64,000 bases of DNA from Albugo candida (taxonomy: Eukaryota). Position 1 is the first letter of the stretch. Every line of letters starts with the position of its first letter. Where the stretch lies: NCBI GenBank assembly GCA_040437565.1, contig JBDOQK010000027.1:124001-188000 (forward strand). The letters are read 5' to 3'. A program made the translations under genes and the position numbers. Below the pieces are notes generated by a model, which saw only the letters and a list, made by a program, of their open reading frames with translations, had not been told where the DNA came from and made no database searches. Below, one piece after another: positions 33,146-43,954 of this stretch.

Positions 33146-33544
33146 TCTATATTACTAGAATTAGACAAACTGGCTTCTCTAGTTGCCTAGGCTATCTTAA
33201 ATAACATATATACATATAAAAAACGTGTCGTGAAATACCTGTGAGAGATGATAGAATGTCGTCTCGTTGATAATCTCGTATCGTAGTAGCCTCAGCACCC
33301 TTAATACGGGACTGTGTCCAGCTTGTAAATGCTGNNNNNNNNNNNNNNNNNNNNNNNNNNNNNNNNNNNNNNNNNNNNNNNNNNNNNNNNNNNNNNNNNN
33401 NNNNNNNNNNNNNNNNNNNNNNNNNNNNNNNNNNATGTCGACTTGAACCATTGTTTTCGAGAGGAAGGAGTTGAAAAAGGTTGTTTTTTCGAGTTGTTTT
33501 TACTAAATTGCCAAGTTACTTAGTAGCCGGCAAATTGAGAAGTG

Positions 33545-33617
33545 GTCTTCGTGGCCCAATGGATAAGGCGTCCGCCTACGAAGCGGGAGATTGCGGGTTC
33601 GAGTCCCGTCGAAGACT
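33545..33617 (+). tRNA. tRNA-Arg (anticodon ACG)
   Basis: Full 73-nt cloverleaf: acceptor GTCTTCG/CGAAGAC, D-arm GCCCAATGGATAAGGC, anticodon arm TCCGC-CTACGAA-GCGGG, T-arm GCGGG-TTCGAGT-CCCGT. Confidence 0.95.
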
Positions 33618-33746
33618 TATTTCTCTGGTTCCTAATACTTATGCTGTCATTTCCTCGAGCTGTAATTCCTGGTCGACAGGAATCATTTTTTAATTCATAA
33701 AGAAGTGGTTGTATTAACATGACCAAGGCGCACCGCAATTAAGAAG

Positions 33747-33886
33747 AAAAAAAAAAAAAAAAANNNNNNNNNNNNNNNNNNNNNNNNNNNNNNNNNNNNN
33801 NNNNNNNNNNNNNNNNNNNNNNNNNNNNNNNNNNNNNNNNNNNNNNNNNNNNNNNNNNNNNNNAAAAAAAAAAAAAAAAAAAAAAA
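33747..33886. repeat. Poly(A) homopolymer spanning a scaffold gap
   Basis: A-runs lie on both sides of gap 33764-33863 and directly abut the stop codon of the minus-strand carnitine acetyltransferase. Confidence 0.85.
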
Positions 33887-35857
33887 CTATAACTTCGCAT
33901 TCATTGAGACTATCTCTGTATTCGGTTCGTCGAATAGATGGCTCATATCGACGAGACTATTCTCAATGGAATCACCCATTCTTTGCGCCGGATCACATTC
34001 CAGCGGATCAAACTCGGGAAAATTTTGGCCAAGATCCCGAAGGCATGCGATATTGAACTGGATACAGTCGGCTTTGACACTATAAGCAATACCAAAACCG
34101 TCAGGAACAACTTCGCCCCATCCCCACCCATCAAAAAGCTCATGAGTAAGATGAGACGTTGAAATATGCCATGTGCTTGACCTTTTCAGCAAAGGATTCT
34201 TCTCAAAGAAAGGCACCATACCATCTTGTTCTGGATGAATCAAATGCCTGAGTGCGAGAAGATGCCGGTCTACTCCACGTCCTTGAGCAGCACGGCGCAT
34301 GCAATCAACATGTACCTTGACCGCATCAAGCAACATACTCTTTTTTCTGGCTCGTTTCGTTGTGAAGTTTTTCTCAGTCATGGATTTCGCGAACTCAACA
34401 CTTTGCTGCGAGCAGCTTCTCGCAGTCTCTGTGCGTCCATGTAAAAAAGATCGGGTTTGGATTGCTTCGTACGTCGCGGTATTTCTGCCAAATAGGCGCC
34501 GGTATGCCACTTGAATAGCCATTTGTACAAAAGCATCTGGAGAGCAAGAAAACGTTTTGATGATTTTTTGCTTTCCAAATCCATTAAATACAGTCACGTT
34601 AACAGTATGAGCATGAATCAAGTGCTGGTAGAATTTGCCAGCAGAGTATATCGATGACAAAATCGACTGAGTGAAATGAAATTCATGCCTCTGGGGTTTC
34701 GGTAGATTTTGAGTAGGTCCACGACCCAAGTCGAGTTGTTTACGGTGAAGGCGAGTGAGAATAAAGTCCGCATATACTGACATAGGCATTCCGTCCAGCA
34801 TTGCATGTTCTCCCAGCAAACCTGCCTTGGCATTCCGAAAGACAAATAGCTGGACACACTTATCAAAAAAACGATTTTTTCCATTTCCATGCCACAATGC
34901 TCGGGCTGTTTCTTGTCGAGACATAGGCGCTCCATCTTCCAAAGATAAAAGTAAGATAGCACTTTCGATTGCCTGTAGAGTCGCCTCATTTCCATTATTT
35001 AATAGTACTTCTCGTTGCTCCGCCCATTTGTCACGATTTTGAGCTGACAAAAGGCCGACTGGTGAAGCTTCCCCACTTGTATCCTGAAGGATCCTTTCAA
35101 TTTGGATTTTGATCTCTTCAAATGATAAGAGAGCACAGCAGCCCGATTGACCGTCCGAGATGTTTTCATGGATCAACGGAAATGTATAAAAGTGATTCCG
35201 ATACATGACCACGACATGACGATAAATGCTTGGATTATACAATTTGTAGTAATCTTGCTTGCGACACGGAATTCGGCATGAATTAAACATGTACTTATAG
35301 CCTGTTGCACACATGGGTTTACGGTTTTTTCCCCGACCAACAAAATCTGTACTGTTTTGGCCTGACAAGATTCCTTGTCGGAATACCATAGTTGCACGCA
35401 AGAGTGCTGCAGCTCTTCCTCCTTGCGTACGCTGCTCTAGATGAATAGAGTCAGAAAAATGGAAAAAGTAGCTCACATTAAAAGCTAACGGAGATCTGTC
35501 CTGTAAGTAAACTTCGGTATTCCACCAAAGAGCAAGAAAGCTACTAGTCGAAAATTCTCGGGCGCGCTGGATTAGTCGATTTTGAAGTACAGAGCTTGTG
35601 TGATTTTCTCTAAATCGAAGCACTTGATCAGCCGCCTCACTGAATTCTTTCTCATTCTCACATAATGGTGCAACAGATTGTAAGTAGAGATCTAAAGTCT
35701 CACCCAGCGAAGGAATCGGAAGAGAAGGGATCGATGATTGATGCTTATAGAGATTCAAGGAAGTATCCTCTAGATCCGATTCACATCTATAATCCCCATG
35801 ACACTCACGATAGTGATGTGGACCGTACTTGTTCGCTTGGCCTCCTAAGATCTTCAT
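33887..35857 (-). CDS. Carnitine O-acetyltransferase (choline/carnitine acyltransferase family) with C-terminal PTS1 (-AKL)
   Basis: 'LPIPSLGETL..YL', 'YLQDRSPLAFNVS', 'MFNSCRIP', 'NRFFDK', catalytic 'EHAMLDG', 'SPDAFVQMAIQ', 'TYE', 'GRTE', 'GRGVDRHL', 'WGEVVPDGFGIAY'; ends AKL*. Confidence 0.95.
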   Translation of the reverse strand: MKILGGQANKYGPHHYRECHGDYRCESDLEDTSLNLYKHQSSIPSLPIPSLGETLDLYLQSVAPLCENEKEFSEAADQVLRFRENHTSSVLQNRLIQRAREFSTSSFLALWWNTEVYLQDRSPLAFNVSYFFHFSDSIHLEQRTQGGRAAALLRATMVFRQGILSGQNSTDFVGRGKNRKPMCATGYKYMFNSCRIPCRKQDYYKLYNPSIYRHVVVMYRNHFYTFPLIHENISDGQSGCCALLSFEEIKIQIERILQDTSGEASPVGLLSAQNRDKWAEQREVLLNNGNEATLQAIESAILLLSLEDGAPMSRQETARALWHGNGKNRFFDKCVQLFVFRNAKAGLLGEHAMLDGMPMSVYADFILTRLHRKQLDLGRGPTQNLPKPQRHEFHFTQSILSSIYSAGKFYQHLIHAHTVNVTVFNGFGKQKIIKTFSCSPDAFVQMAIQVAYRRLFGRNTATYEAIQTRSFLHGRTETARSCSQQSVEFAKSMTEKNFTTKRARKKSMLLDAVKVHVDCMRRAAQGRGVDRHLLALRHLIHPEQDGMVPFFEKNPLLKRSSTWHISTSHLTHELFDGWGWGEVVPDGFGIAYSVKADCIQFNIACLRDLGQNFPEFDPLECDPAQRMGDSIENSLVDMSHLFDEPNTEIVSMNAKL

Positions 35858-36022
35858 TTGCAAAATTTTATCGAAAATACAGGTCACGAATACCTGCAGA
35901 AATATATAATGCTAACGAAAAATATATATCTGATTCGGATCAAATAAAGAATGTTCGAAATTTTATTATAAAGTCACAACCGCCTCACTGTTGAATAAGC
36001 AAAGCTCAACAAAATCTCCCGA

Positions 36023-37105
36023 ATGAAGAAGGCATTTATCCAGGGCGTAAAGGCCGATGCCGACGCGTACGTTTACAACCTGAAAACCTGTATGAGTCAA
36101 ATTGCCAACACTAGTCTAAATAATGGCACACTAATTTCAGAGACGAGATTCACACAATTTCAAAAAGGTGACGAGTCAACTTTATACGGATCAGTCGGGC
36201 CTCTTATCGATCACTTTGGATCGGAGCTACTTCATCCGTTGCTCAAAGACCCTGAACATGCTTCTGTCGAAGAAGAAGATGTCGAAAAGTTTTTATGGCA
36301 TCCCTCCAGAAAAGTACTCCGACATCACGGCATCACCAGATTCGAAGGAGGGGCTTTGACACAATCCAACGTGACTTGTGGGGATTCAAATCCCATTTTA
36401 ACGATGAAAACACTTGTCGGAACTTTCACGGAAGATGACATGCGAGCTTATACCGGCGTTTTTCTTCTGCTAAACTTTCCTAGCGATTCTGTGGAGATTG
36501 TTGCTGGCACTCGGGGCGATTCGAATCCCGTAAACTTTTACGTGAGTTCGGTTCCAGATAATCTGGCAAAACTGGTACACGACGCAAAGGATCAGATTCG
36601 ACAATGTGTGATGAATAGAACATTCTCTATACAAGGAGTTGTTGGTGGAGGTTGGCGGGAGTTTCATGGAACGAACGACGATGATGAGGACTCGGACGAT
36701 GATGCGATCGAGCCCGCTCTTTTCGGCTATATGGAAACATTTAAGATCTATTACGTGAATAATGTGACGTCTCTTGGAACAAACCTGACTAATGGAACCA
36801 ACATTCTTTCAGCACGATCTGATTTCGCAATGCAGGATGGTAATCGAATGATCATGTCAGCTATCACTGCAGCGGCAGATTGCAAAAATCCATCTCCTTC
36901 GAAGTCGTGCTTTTTCCCGAAACATATGGAGACATTGGGATTCACGCAATCAATTCAGGCGAATGGGTCCGAGAAAGAATCACACCGAGAAGGGGCTATC
37001 TTGTATAGTGTTCTGTTCTCACTCATGGTCGTAATTGTAGCGATTACGTATCGCAACCTGAAACGCCGCACAGGATACCAATCGATTCCACCATTGTCTC
37101 GCTGA
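36023..37105 (+). CDS. Hypothetical single-pass membrane protein (360 aa)
   Basis: Long ORF with a C-terminal TM 'AILYSVLFSLMVVIVAITY' and a short tail 'KRRTGYQSI' (YxxPhi sorting-type motif). Confidence 0.7.
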   Translation: MKKAFIQGVKADADAYVYNLKTCMSQIANTSLNNGTLISETRFTQFQKGDESTLYGSVGPLIDHFGSELLHPLLKDPEHASVEEEDVEKFLWHPSRKVLRHHGITRFEGGALTQSNVTCGDSNPILTMKTLVGTFTEDDMRAYTGVFLLLNFPSDSVEIVAGTRGDSNPVNFYVSSVPDNLAKLVHDAKDQIRQCVMNRTFSIQGVVGGGWREFHGTNDDDEDSDDDAIEPALFGYMETFKIYYVNNVTSLGTNLTNGTNILSARSDFAMQDGNRMIMSAITAAADCKNPSPSKSCFFPKHMETLGFTQSIQANGSEKESHREGAILYSVLFSLMVVIVAITYRNLKRRTGYQSIPPLSR

Positions 37106-37530
37106 CTTTTGCCGATGTCCTTGTTTGAATATGATTGAGATTTTCTACCTTGCCTAGTGATTCTATTACATGTAAAGTCACAGTGCCACCTTCGTAGCCG
37201 ACTATTTTCTTGTCACCATACTGTACACATATATCCTTTTGCAATCGATTTCAGCATCCTGATTCCATGAATGTCTTGGTACTGGGTTTGAGTGAGCTCG
37301 CTCAAGTCAAATAACTAAGATGAGTTGCTAAGCTCACGATGTTCTTGAGCTGGAGTTTTACTTTCAGTGTTTAATCATAAAACAATGCATACAAACAATT
37401 ACGAGAAAAGATAATTTAGAAGGTACGTCCAAAGCTTTAAATCTGATAGCGGCACTTGTTTTACTCAAGATTAAATGGAGTAACTGGATAATGTTCCCAT
37501 CTACATATAATTGACGAGAGCCAGAACGAA

Positions 37531-38190
37531 CTACGACTTTGATGATTCTCCCGCATGAAAGATAAGTGAAGCACTATTGACACAGTGACGTTCATCTGTT
37601 GGGGTTGGAAATCCTTCGTTCTTGAAAACATGACCCATGTGACTAGATGGAATTTTATCAGCTCATTTTGGAAAAGCTTACGGTATCGAAATACTACCCG
37701 TTGCAATTAGCGCAAACAATCTCAATACGACGTCCGTCGGGATCTGGAATTGACTACTTGCGTTGCGAAAACAATATTTATATCTTCGATAGATGAATTG
37801 GCTTACCTTGATGGCGTTTGGAACAGCATCGTAAAAAGCTGGCCACCCACAACCGGAGTCAAACTTGGTCTCTGATGTATACACCGGCATTTTGCAACCA
37901 GCGCAAAGATAGGTACCCTCTTTATAATGCTTATTATAGGAGCCACTACCAGCAAGTTCTGTGCCCTTTAGACGAAGGACACGGTATTGTTCTGGATTAA
38001 GGCGTGTTTTCCACTCTTGCTCTGTCCATTCTTTCACATTTTTATTCTCTTTCGACATATTTCGTACGCCTAAACGAATGTCAGATTGCTGTTCGTTGCA
38101 AAAGACTCTACAAAGGCGTTGTAATGGTTGGTTTTGTCGCCACCTGTTGCCAACAAACTGTTGGACGAACACAAACTGACCCAATTTCAT
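37531..38190 (-). CDS. msrB: Peptide methionine-R-sulfoxide reductase MsrB; 3 exons
   Basis: 'EWKTRLNPEQYRVLRLKGTE', 'YLCAGC', 'KFDSGCGWPAF', spliced 'GRRIEIVCANCN', 'HMGHVF', 'TPTDERHCVNSASL'; stop at 37531-37533. Possible second start at 'MSKEN'. Confidence 0.92.
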
Positions 38191-39269
38191 AATAAGCGAG
38201 CTTTAAGTCGAGGCAACACTATTCAGGTCCATCCACATCAAAGTGAGAGACAAGTACAATGTCGCAATAATCAGAAATGGATGGCGAAAGTTGCTAAGAA
38301 GCACTTGTCGAAAAGATAACCCTGCTACTGCTTCGTATTCCTGCGGGTGTGCCGTCGTACTTGAAATGCGTCAACTGCTCTCATTGTAAATCGAGAGCAA
38401 AGATATCGGAGCCTCAATATGGATCAGATAGAAAACTCTTCGAAAGTTCAAATTTATGCATTGCCGCAAGTGAGCATCATGAATTTGTGCTTTCCCATCC
38501 TTCGTAAGTCTTGTTCTTACTCCAATGACTAGAAAAAACAAAAGTGTAGCTTTGATGATAAAAGGGAACCTGTTTTATGATTGTTTCGGAAGTAAACACT
38601 TATGATCTTTTGAACATGTGCATCCGCACGGTTCACTGGTCAGCGTTAGTTTTCGGTTCAATTCCATATTCCGCTACTCTCGTATTTCTCAGATCCTTCA
38701 TGCGCCAAGTAAAGGACATAGCTCGGAACACTGGGCCAGAAAGCGAAAAGTGTAACATCTAAATTGAAATAGAGATTTGATAATCAGAGATGACACCTTA
38801 TTTCGTTTGACACTTTGCACCGTATTTTATCCATGTGACTTGCAACATAGCTTATTAAGACGGCCCCTAACAGTTTATCACGCAAAAACTTATTTAATAT
38901 CGCTCAAGTCTTTGATCAATTTCTTTGAGAATTGAAGTGTTATGGTAGTACAAGAGTTTCTTGGCATAGGACACACGTATAGCAAGTATTTCGCTGCATG
39001 AGCGAACGCAAGAAATAACCATACTTACGATTATGGCCTGCGAAGAACGAGCACGTTTGAAAAGGTTCATACTGGACTTTGTGTGTAGTAGCACAGATGG
39101 AAACTTCAAGATGGTAAAGAAACCCTCAAGTCGCACCGCTCAACCCGTTTTATAATGATGTCTCTTGGTCACATAAAACTAAATATAAAAAATATTTGAA
39201 ACATTATCAAGGAACAATTGCCAGTTTATATGACGTCCGCGCAAGCTTTGCTGGAGACGGGCTTTAAAC

Positions 39270-42200
39270 ATGAAAGTATACTGCGAAAACACGCTTCCTG
39301 TCATCAGTTCGCTCCGTAAAAGCTCGCACGGTAATCGGTCGTCAGCTAGAAAGTCTTCTTTGATTGAACTGAGCAAGTCGATGTCAAACGCAACTTCGAA
39401 TGCCTTGTATAGCGGTGAAGACGAAATCGGAAGCGAATCTGTCTGTGATCTACCAATTAGCAACAAAGATTGTACAAAAAAAGCTCGAGTTTGTACTTTT
39501 GTAATCGACCCTCGGAAGCAGTGGAAAGTCCGATGGGATCTATGTATTGGATTACTGGTTGTTTATAGTGCGACGTTGACTCCATATCACATTGGTTTTG
39601 CAGTCAATTTGTCAACTTATGAGCGTTACTTAGATTATACTTTGGACAGCATATTTGCAATTGATGTTGTGCTGAATTTCTTTACGGGATACCACGATGG
39701 AGAATTATACGTTTGTAAGTTACGAAAGATATCTTGGCGCTATGTGCGCTCGTGGTTTTTGATTGATGCTGTTTCAGTTTATCCATTTGAGCTTTTTGTA
39801 GCGTTTGCATCTAGAGGAAGAGGAAAAACTTCATCATTTACATCGTTAAAATTGTTGCGAACCGCTCGTTTATCGCGATTACTAAAGATGATGCGGCTGT
39901 TACGTCTTCGACGTGCGTTTAGGACCACCCAACATGATTCAGTGAATGTATATGTACTTCAAACAGTCAAGTCGTTAATCGTGATCGTGTTCATCATTCA
40001 CTTAATATCGTGCGCATGGTATATGTTTCATACGTGGGATCCAAGTGGCCATTCATGGGTTAGCAATGTTGAAACAAGAATCATGAAATATCCTTACCTT
40101 GTGAGCTTTTATTGGGTGTCAGGAACAATGATGTCTGTTGGATATGGCGATATTGTTGGCATCACAGATGCAGAGCGCATTTTCTCGATATTTGTCATGC
40201 TTCTTGGTTCTGTTTGTGTTGGTTTAATCATTGCGAATATCCAAATGTTAACGAAGAATTATAATCCTCGCGGCATTAAGATAAAGCAGAAATTGATGGA
40301 GACCAAAGAGTTTTTGATAAAGAAAAATGTACCAAGAAATCTCAGACAGAGAATTCTAAGTCAGTTTGAATACCATTGGAATCGGAGAAGTTCCTATAAC
40401 GAAAACAAGATACTTGATGCGTTTCCAAAGCATATGCGATACGAATTATTGCTGGCATCCGTTAAACCTTTTGTGAGACTATTTCCTGTGTTTGGATCAA
40501 CGTCTGTCGAATTTTTTGTCGCTGTGATTCCCAACTTGAAGCCAAATGTTTCGTCAACTGGTCAACTACTTGTCGAAGCTGAATGCATTTGGGAAGATGT
40601 GTACTTCATTTTGACAGGAGAGCTTGACGTCCTCAAGAATAATACTGTTGTAAGCTCAATCGGAGGAGGCGACATTTGTGCAATCGAGTGCCTGGTCATG
40701 GAAAGAAAACGATATTCTCATTCCTATCGAACTTCAATCAAGTGCGAAGTACTTGCGCTTTCCACTATTGTTTTAATGAAAGCAATTCAGCAATGCTCGA
40801 TTGCTAATACATACTTTCATGAAATGGGGGAAAACGCCCACACACGATATGAAGACGATGCTTCTCATCGCGATCCTCGGAACAGCGTTTCAAGAAGGAG
40901 TCTAAAGATGTATCGCAATCTTGGGCTTGATCTGCAGAATCAGCTTCTTCATAACGCTCCGAAATTGACAGAGGTAAAAAAAGGAATGAGATACGAAGAC
41001 GGAATGCAACTACATTGGGCTGTGATACGACCTAATTACAAAAGCCGGATTTTTTGGGACATTATAATGGGATTAATTGTGCTTTTCATAGCTGTCAGCA
41101 TCCCTGTTCGGATTGCTTTTGATATGGAGAGTACGACGCTTTTCGCAATCGACAGAGTATCTGATTGTTTCTTCCTACTCGATATAGTGTTGAATTTTTT
41201 TACATCCTATATCGATGATGCGGGATTAGAGATCGTTGATGCTCGTGAAATTAGATTACACTACTTACGATCATCTTTTGTACTAGACACAGTGAGTACG
41301 ATACCGCTGGACTGGATCGTTGAGATTTCGACCACAAAAGGAAGTTTTCTTTCACTGAAGCTGATCCGTGCAGTCAAGTTTGTTAAGCTCATACGACTTG
41401 TACGTATCTTTAAATTATTTAAGCTCAAGTCTCTTGTCCATTCGGATATTGGAATCAACACGGAGTTTATACAGTTGCTTAAATTGGCAGTCCCCGTGAT
41501 GGCAACCGCTCATTACGTTGGATGTTTCTGGTACTATCTGTCGGCACATCAGGATGCAGAAAAAAAGGTATGGTTCACACAAATCTACTTCCAGAACCCA
41601 GATTCGCTTTTATCGAAGTATGTTGCATCTTTATACTGGGCAATAACGACAATGGCTACGGTTGGGTATGGTGACATCTACGCCGTGACGCCCTCGGAAA
41701 GATCTTACGCGACATTTGTTATGATTGGAGGTGCCATAATTTTTGCTTACGTGATCGGCACCGTGATTGAAATTGTGAGCCATTCTAAAACATTGATGAA
41801 TAGTGAGCATGCTCATGTGCAAAAAATGATGTCATATATCAAAGAACGGGGAGGCACAAAAGAACTTTCACGTTCTTTCCAAACTCATCTAAATTTCGTG
41901 AGCGACGAAGTGACATTCTACAACCAACAAAATCTTTTTGAGTCTCTTACTTGCTCACTTCGGAGTGAGCTAATTTTATTTATCAACACAAATGCGGTCT
42001 CAAGAATAAGATTTTTTGACAAGAAACCGAAATGGTTTTTGGCAATACTGCTACCCAAGATTATTCCACAATACTTTGCTGCTGGAGATGTCTTGATCAG
42101 GTTTCATAGTGTTGTGCAGGGAATATACTTCATATTAAGTGGCGTTGCCATTGCAAGGTTACCCGATGTAGATAAGAAGCCGGGCAATCCGGGTAATGGG

Positions 42201-42803
42201 TCTAATGACCTGAACACGAGAAGACGCATGGCAAATCTGAATGTCGGCAGCAATATCAATCTTCTTGATCCTTCCGTAGTGGCCACTATGTGTGACGGGG
42301 AGTGTTTTGGGTACAAAGAAGCGTTGATGGGAGGCACTGCTGAATATGATGTTGTTTGTTTGAAATCGATGGGAACGTACTTGCTACCTTGTGCATTTCT
42401 GGATCAATTGGCGACAGACTTTCCATCCGTGCTAGATGAAATGAAGCCTTTTTTCATCAACTCGATCGTAAAACAACAGGCTATTGCACAACGCACGCAA
42501 AATCTAAGCATCGTGGGAATGGATGCAGATCAGCGGCAAAAGTACTTGTCACATAGTCATAACTATCGAAAAGAGGAGTATGGGACAACAGGAGACACAG
42601 CACCCAAGTCTAGAATGCAATTTACACATAAATCAACCGCTAGAAGAAGTGACAGTCTAGTAGCTACACGCGATGGGAAAACACTTGTGAGTCACGCTAC
42701 ACTTTCGATTTCAGAAAGTATAGAAACGCTGGCTCTACCCGCAGACGATGAAGTGCAAAAGCTAATCGATTCGACGATTGCCAGCACTCGTATAAAGGGG
42801 TGA
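39270..42803 (+). CDS. Voltage-gated K+ channel with two tandem 6TM + cyclic-nucleotide-binding modules (EAG/KAT/CNBD superfamily)
   Basis: Two S4 segments ('LKLLRTARLSRLLKMMRLLRL', 'LKLIRAVKFVKLIRLVRIFKL'), two pores ('MMSVGYGD', 'MATVGYGD') and two C-linker/CNBD regions; intronless, 1177 aa. Confidence 0.93.
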   Translation: MKVYCENTLPVISSLRKSSHGNRSSARKSSLIELSKSMSNATSNALYSGEDEIGSESVCDLPISNKDCTKKARVCTFVIDPRKQWKVRWDLCIGLLVVYSATLTPYHIGFAVNLSTYERYLDYTLDSIFAIDVVLNFFTGYHDGELYVCKLRKISWRYVRSWFLIDAVSVYPFELFVAFASRGRGKTSSFTSLKLLRTARLSRLLKMMRLLRLRRAFRTTQHDSVNVYVLQTVKSLIVIVFIIHLISCAWYMFHTWDPSGHSWVSNVETRIMKYPYLVSFYWVSGTMMSVGYGDIVGITDAERIFSIFVMLLGSVCVGLIIANIQMLTKNYNPRGIKIKQKLMETKEFLIKKNVPRNLRQRILSQFEYHWNRRSSYNENKILDAFPKHMRYELLLASVKPFVRLFPVFGSTSVEFFVAVIPNLKPNVSSTGQLLVEAECIWEDVYFILTGELDVLKNNTVVSSIGGGDICAIECLVMERKRYSHSYRTSIKCEVLALSTIVLMKAIQQCSIANTYFHEMGENAHTRYEDDASHRDPRNSVSRRSLKMYRNLGLDLQNQLLHNAPKLTEVKKGMRYEDGMQLHWAVIRPNYKSRIFWDIIMGLIVLFIAVSIPVRIAFDMESTTLFAIDRVSDCFFLLDIVLNFFTSYIDDAGLEIVDAREIRLHYLRSSFVLDTVSTIPLDWIVEISTTKGSFLSLKLIRAVKFVKLIRLVRIFKLFKLKSLVHSDIGINTEFIQLLKLAVPVMATAHYVGCFWYYLSAHQDAEKKVWFTQIYFQNPDSLLSKYVASLYWAITTMATVGYGDIYAVTPSERSYATFVMIGGAIIFAYVIGTVIEIVSHSKTLMNSEHAHVQKMMSYIKERGGTKELSRSFQTHLNFVSDEVTFYNQQNLFESLTCSLRSELILFINTNAVSRIRFFDKKPKWFLAILLPKIIPQYFAAGDVLIRFHSVVQGIYFILSGVAIARLPDVDKKPGNPGNGSNDLNTRRRMANLNVGSNINLLDPSVVATMCDGECFGYKEALMGGTAEYDVVCLKSMGTYLLPCAFLDQLATDFPSVLDEMKPFFINSIVKQQAIAQRTQNLSIVGMDADQRQKYLSHSHNYRKEEYGTTGDTAPKSRMQFTHKSTARRSDSLVATRDGKTLVSHATLSISESIETLALPADDEVQKLIDSTIASTRIKG

Positions 42804-43095
42804 TTAATTTTTGACAATGCCTATTACAAATGAAGTATTTATCGGCGTTTCAAAGTCGAATTATGAAGATCTGTCGCGATTATTCCACCCACGGTGCAAT
42901 TACTAGAACTCATTGACGGCTCTTTTTTGCGATAGAGGAAGTATAGCAATCAGGCGAGGACAGGTGGCGCATCATTCGTGCATTTAAATCTTACTGAAAA
43001 GTTTTACTAATGGAACATTTGTGCCAAAGTGACACGTTCTATGTTGCTAACAAACATGGATTTGGACAGAGATCATATATTGCAGCAATACTTTT

Positions 43096-43954
43096 TCATA
43101 AACCGCTTTGCAAAATGCGAACGAGATCATGCTCGAACTGCTTCCCTATCTCCTTTTCAAGTTGCAGTTGATTTTCAAATTCGTCCAGCATTGTGACTAT
43201 CTGACGATTTTTTCGTTTACATGCATTACCATCCATATCCATATTATCATTGTTGGTCTTGCGTACCACCTCAGTAAAATAGTTCGCTGCGGGTTCAATC
43301 ACTTCGAACTTGCAATTTATGTCAACAGAATCAAGTATATTCGTAGTGTCGACTTCGCCAAACCATGTACGCCAGCTTGCATGAGCAAGGGAGTCGAGAA
43401 AGGAACTTTTGTGCGGACTGCTTTCGAGTGCCTGTATATTACGTTTCCTGTTTTGTTTTCGCTCTAGATTATAGATTCTTGTATCCACAGCTTCCATCCG
43501 AGTGCCTGTATCATACCATCCAGATATTGCCTTTGAATTTACTTGAACTCTTTTGACAAAGTTTGCGGGTCCCTTGGATAAGAACCACGAATTGAGCGGA
43601 GGACAATGAGTTGGTGTCTTCTTACCACTACCACTGGATTTACTTTGCAGCCCAAAGGAGAGCCCCCATGAAGCATTGAAAACTTGTGATTTTGAATCAA
43701 GACTCACCTCTTTTCGAGTGAAAGTGTCTTTCCGAGTTTGTTGTTTTGTGTCAGAGATAAATGGTTGTAAACCCCCTTGAGATTCAACAGGATTGATCGG
43801 GTGGTCCCCGACATTATCTATATTTTCAATATCGTTCGCCGAAAACATATTCGACTTGTTTGATTCACTTGGTTCAGATTCACATGCCGAGTTATCTCTA
43901 TTTTTCTCACAAGTGTGTTCCGGCGACATCATCCAAAGGCTTCAAGCCTTCATT
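43096..43954 (-). CDS. Hypothetical protein; 5' end at or beyond a scaffold gap
   Basis: 278-aa ORF with Trp-containing segments ('LNSWFLSKG', 'SWRTWFGEV') and a C-terminal coiled coil; no family recognised. Confidence 0.55.

Noticed and set aside
33545-33763. tRNA-derived SINE (tRNA head, body, poly-A)
   Set aside because: The cloverleaf is intact, a T-run terminator at ~33686-33691 precedes the A-tract, and no target-site duplication is visible. An ordinary tRNA gene is the simpler reading.
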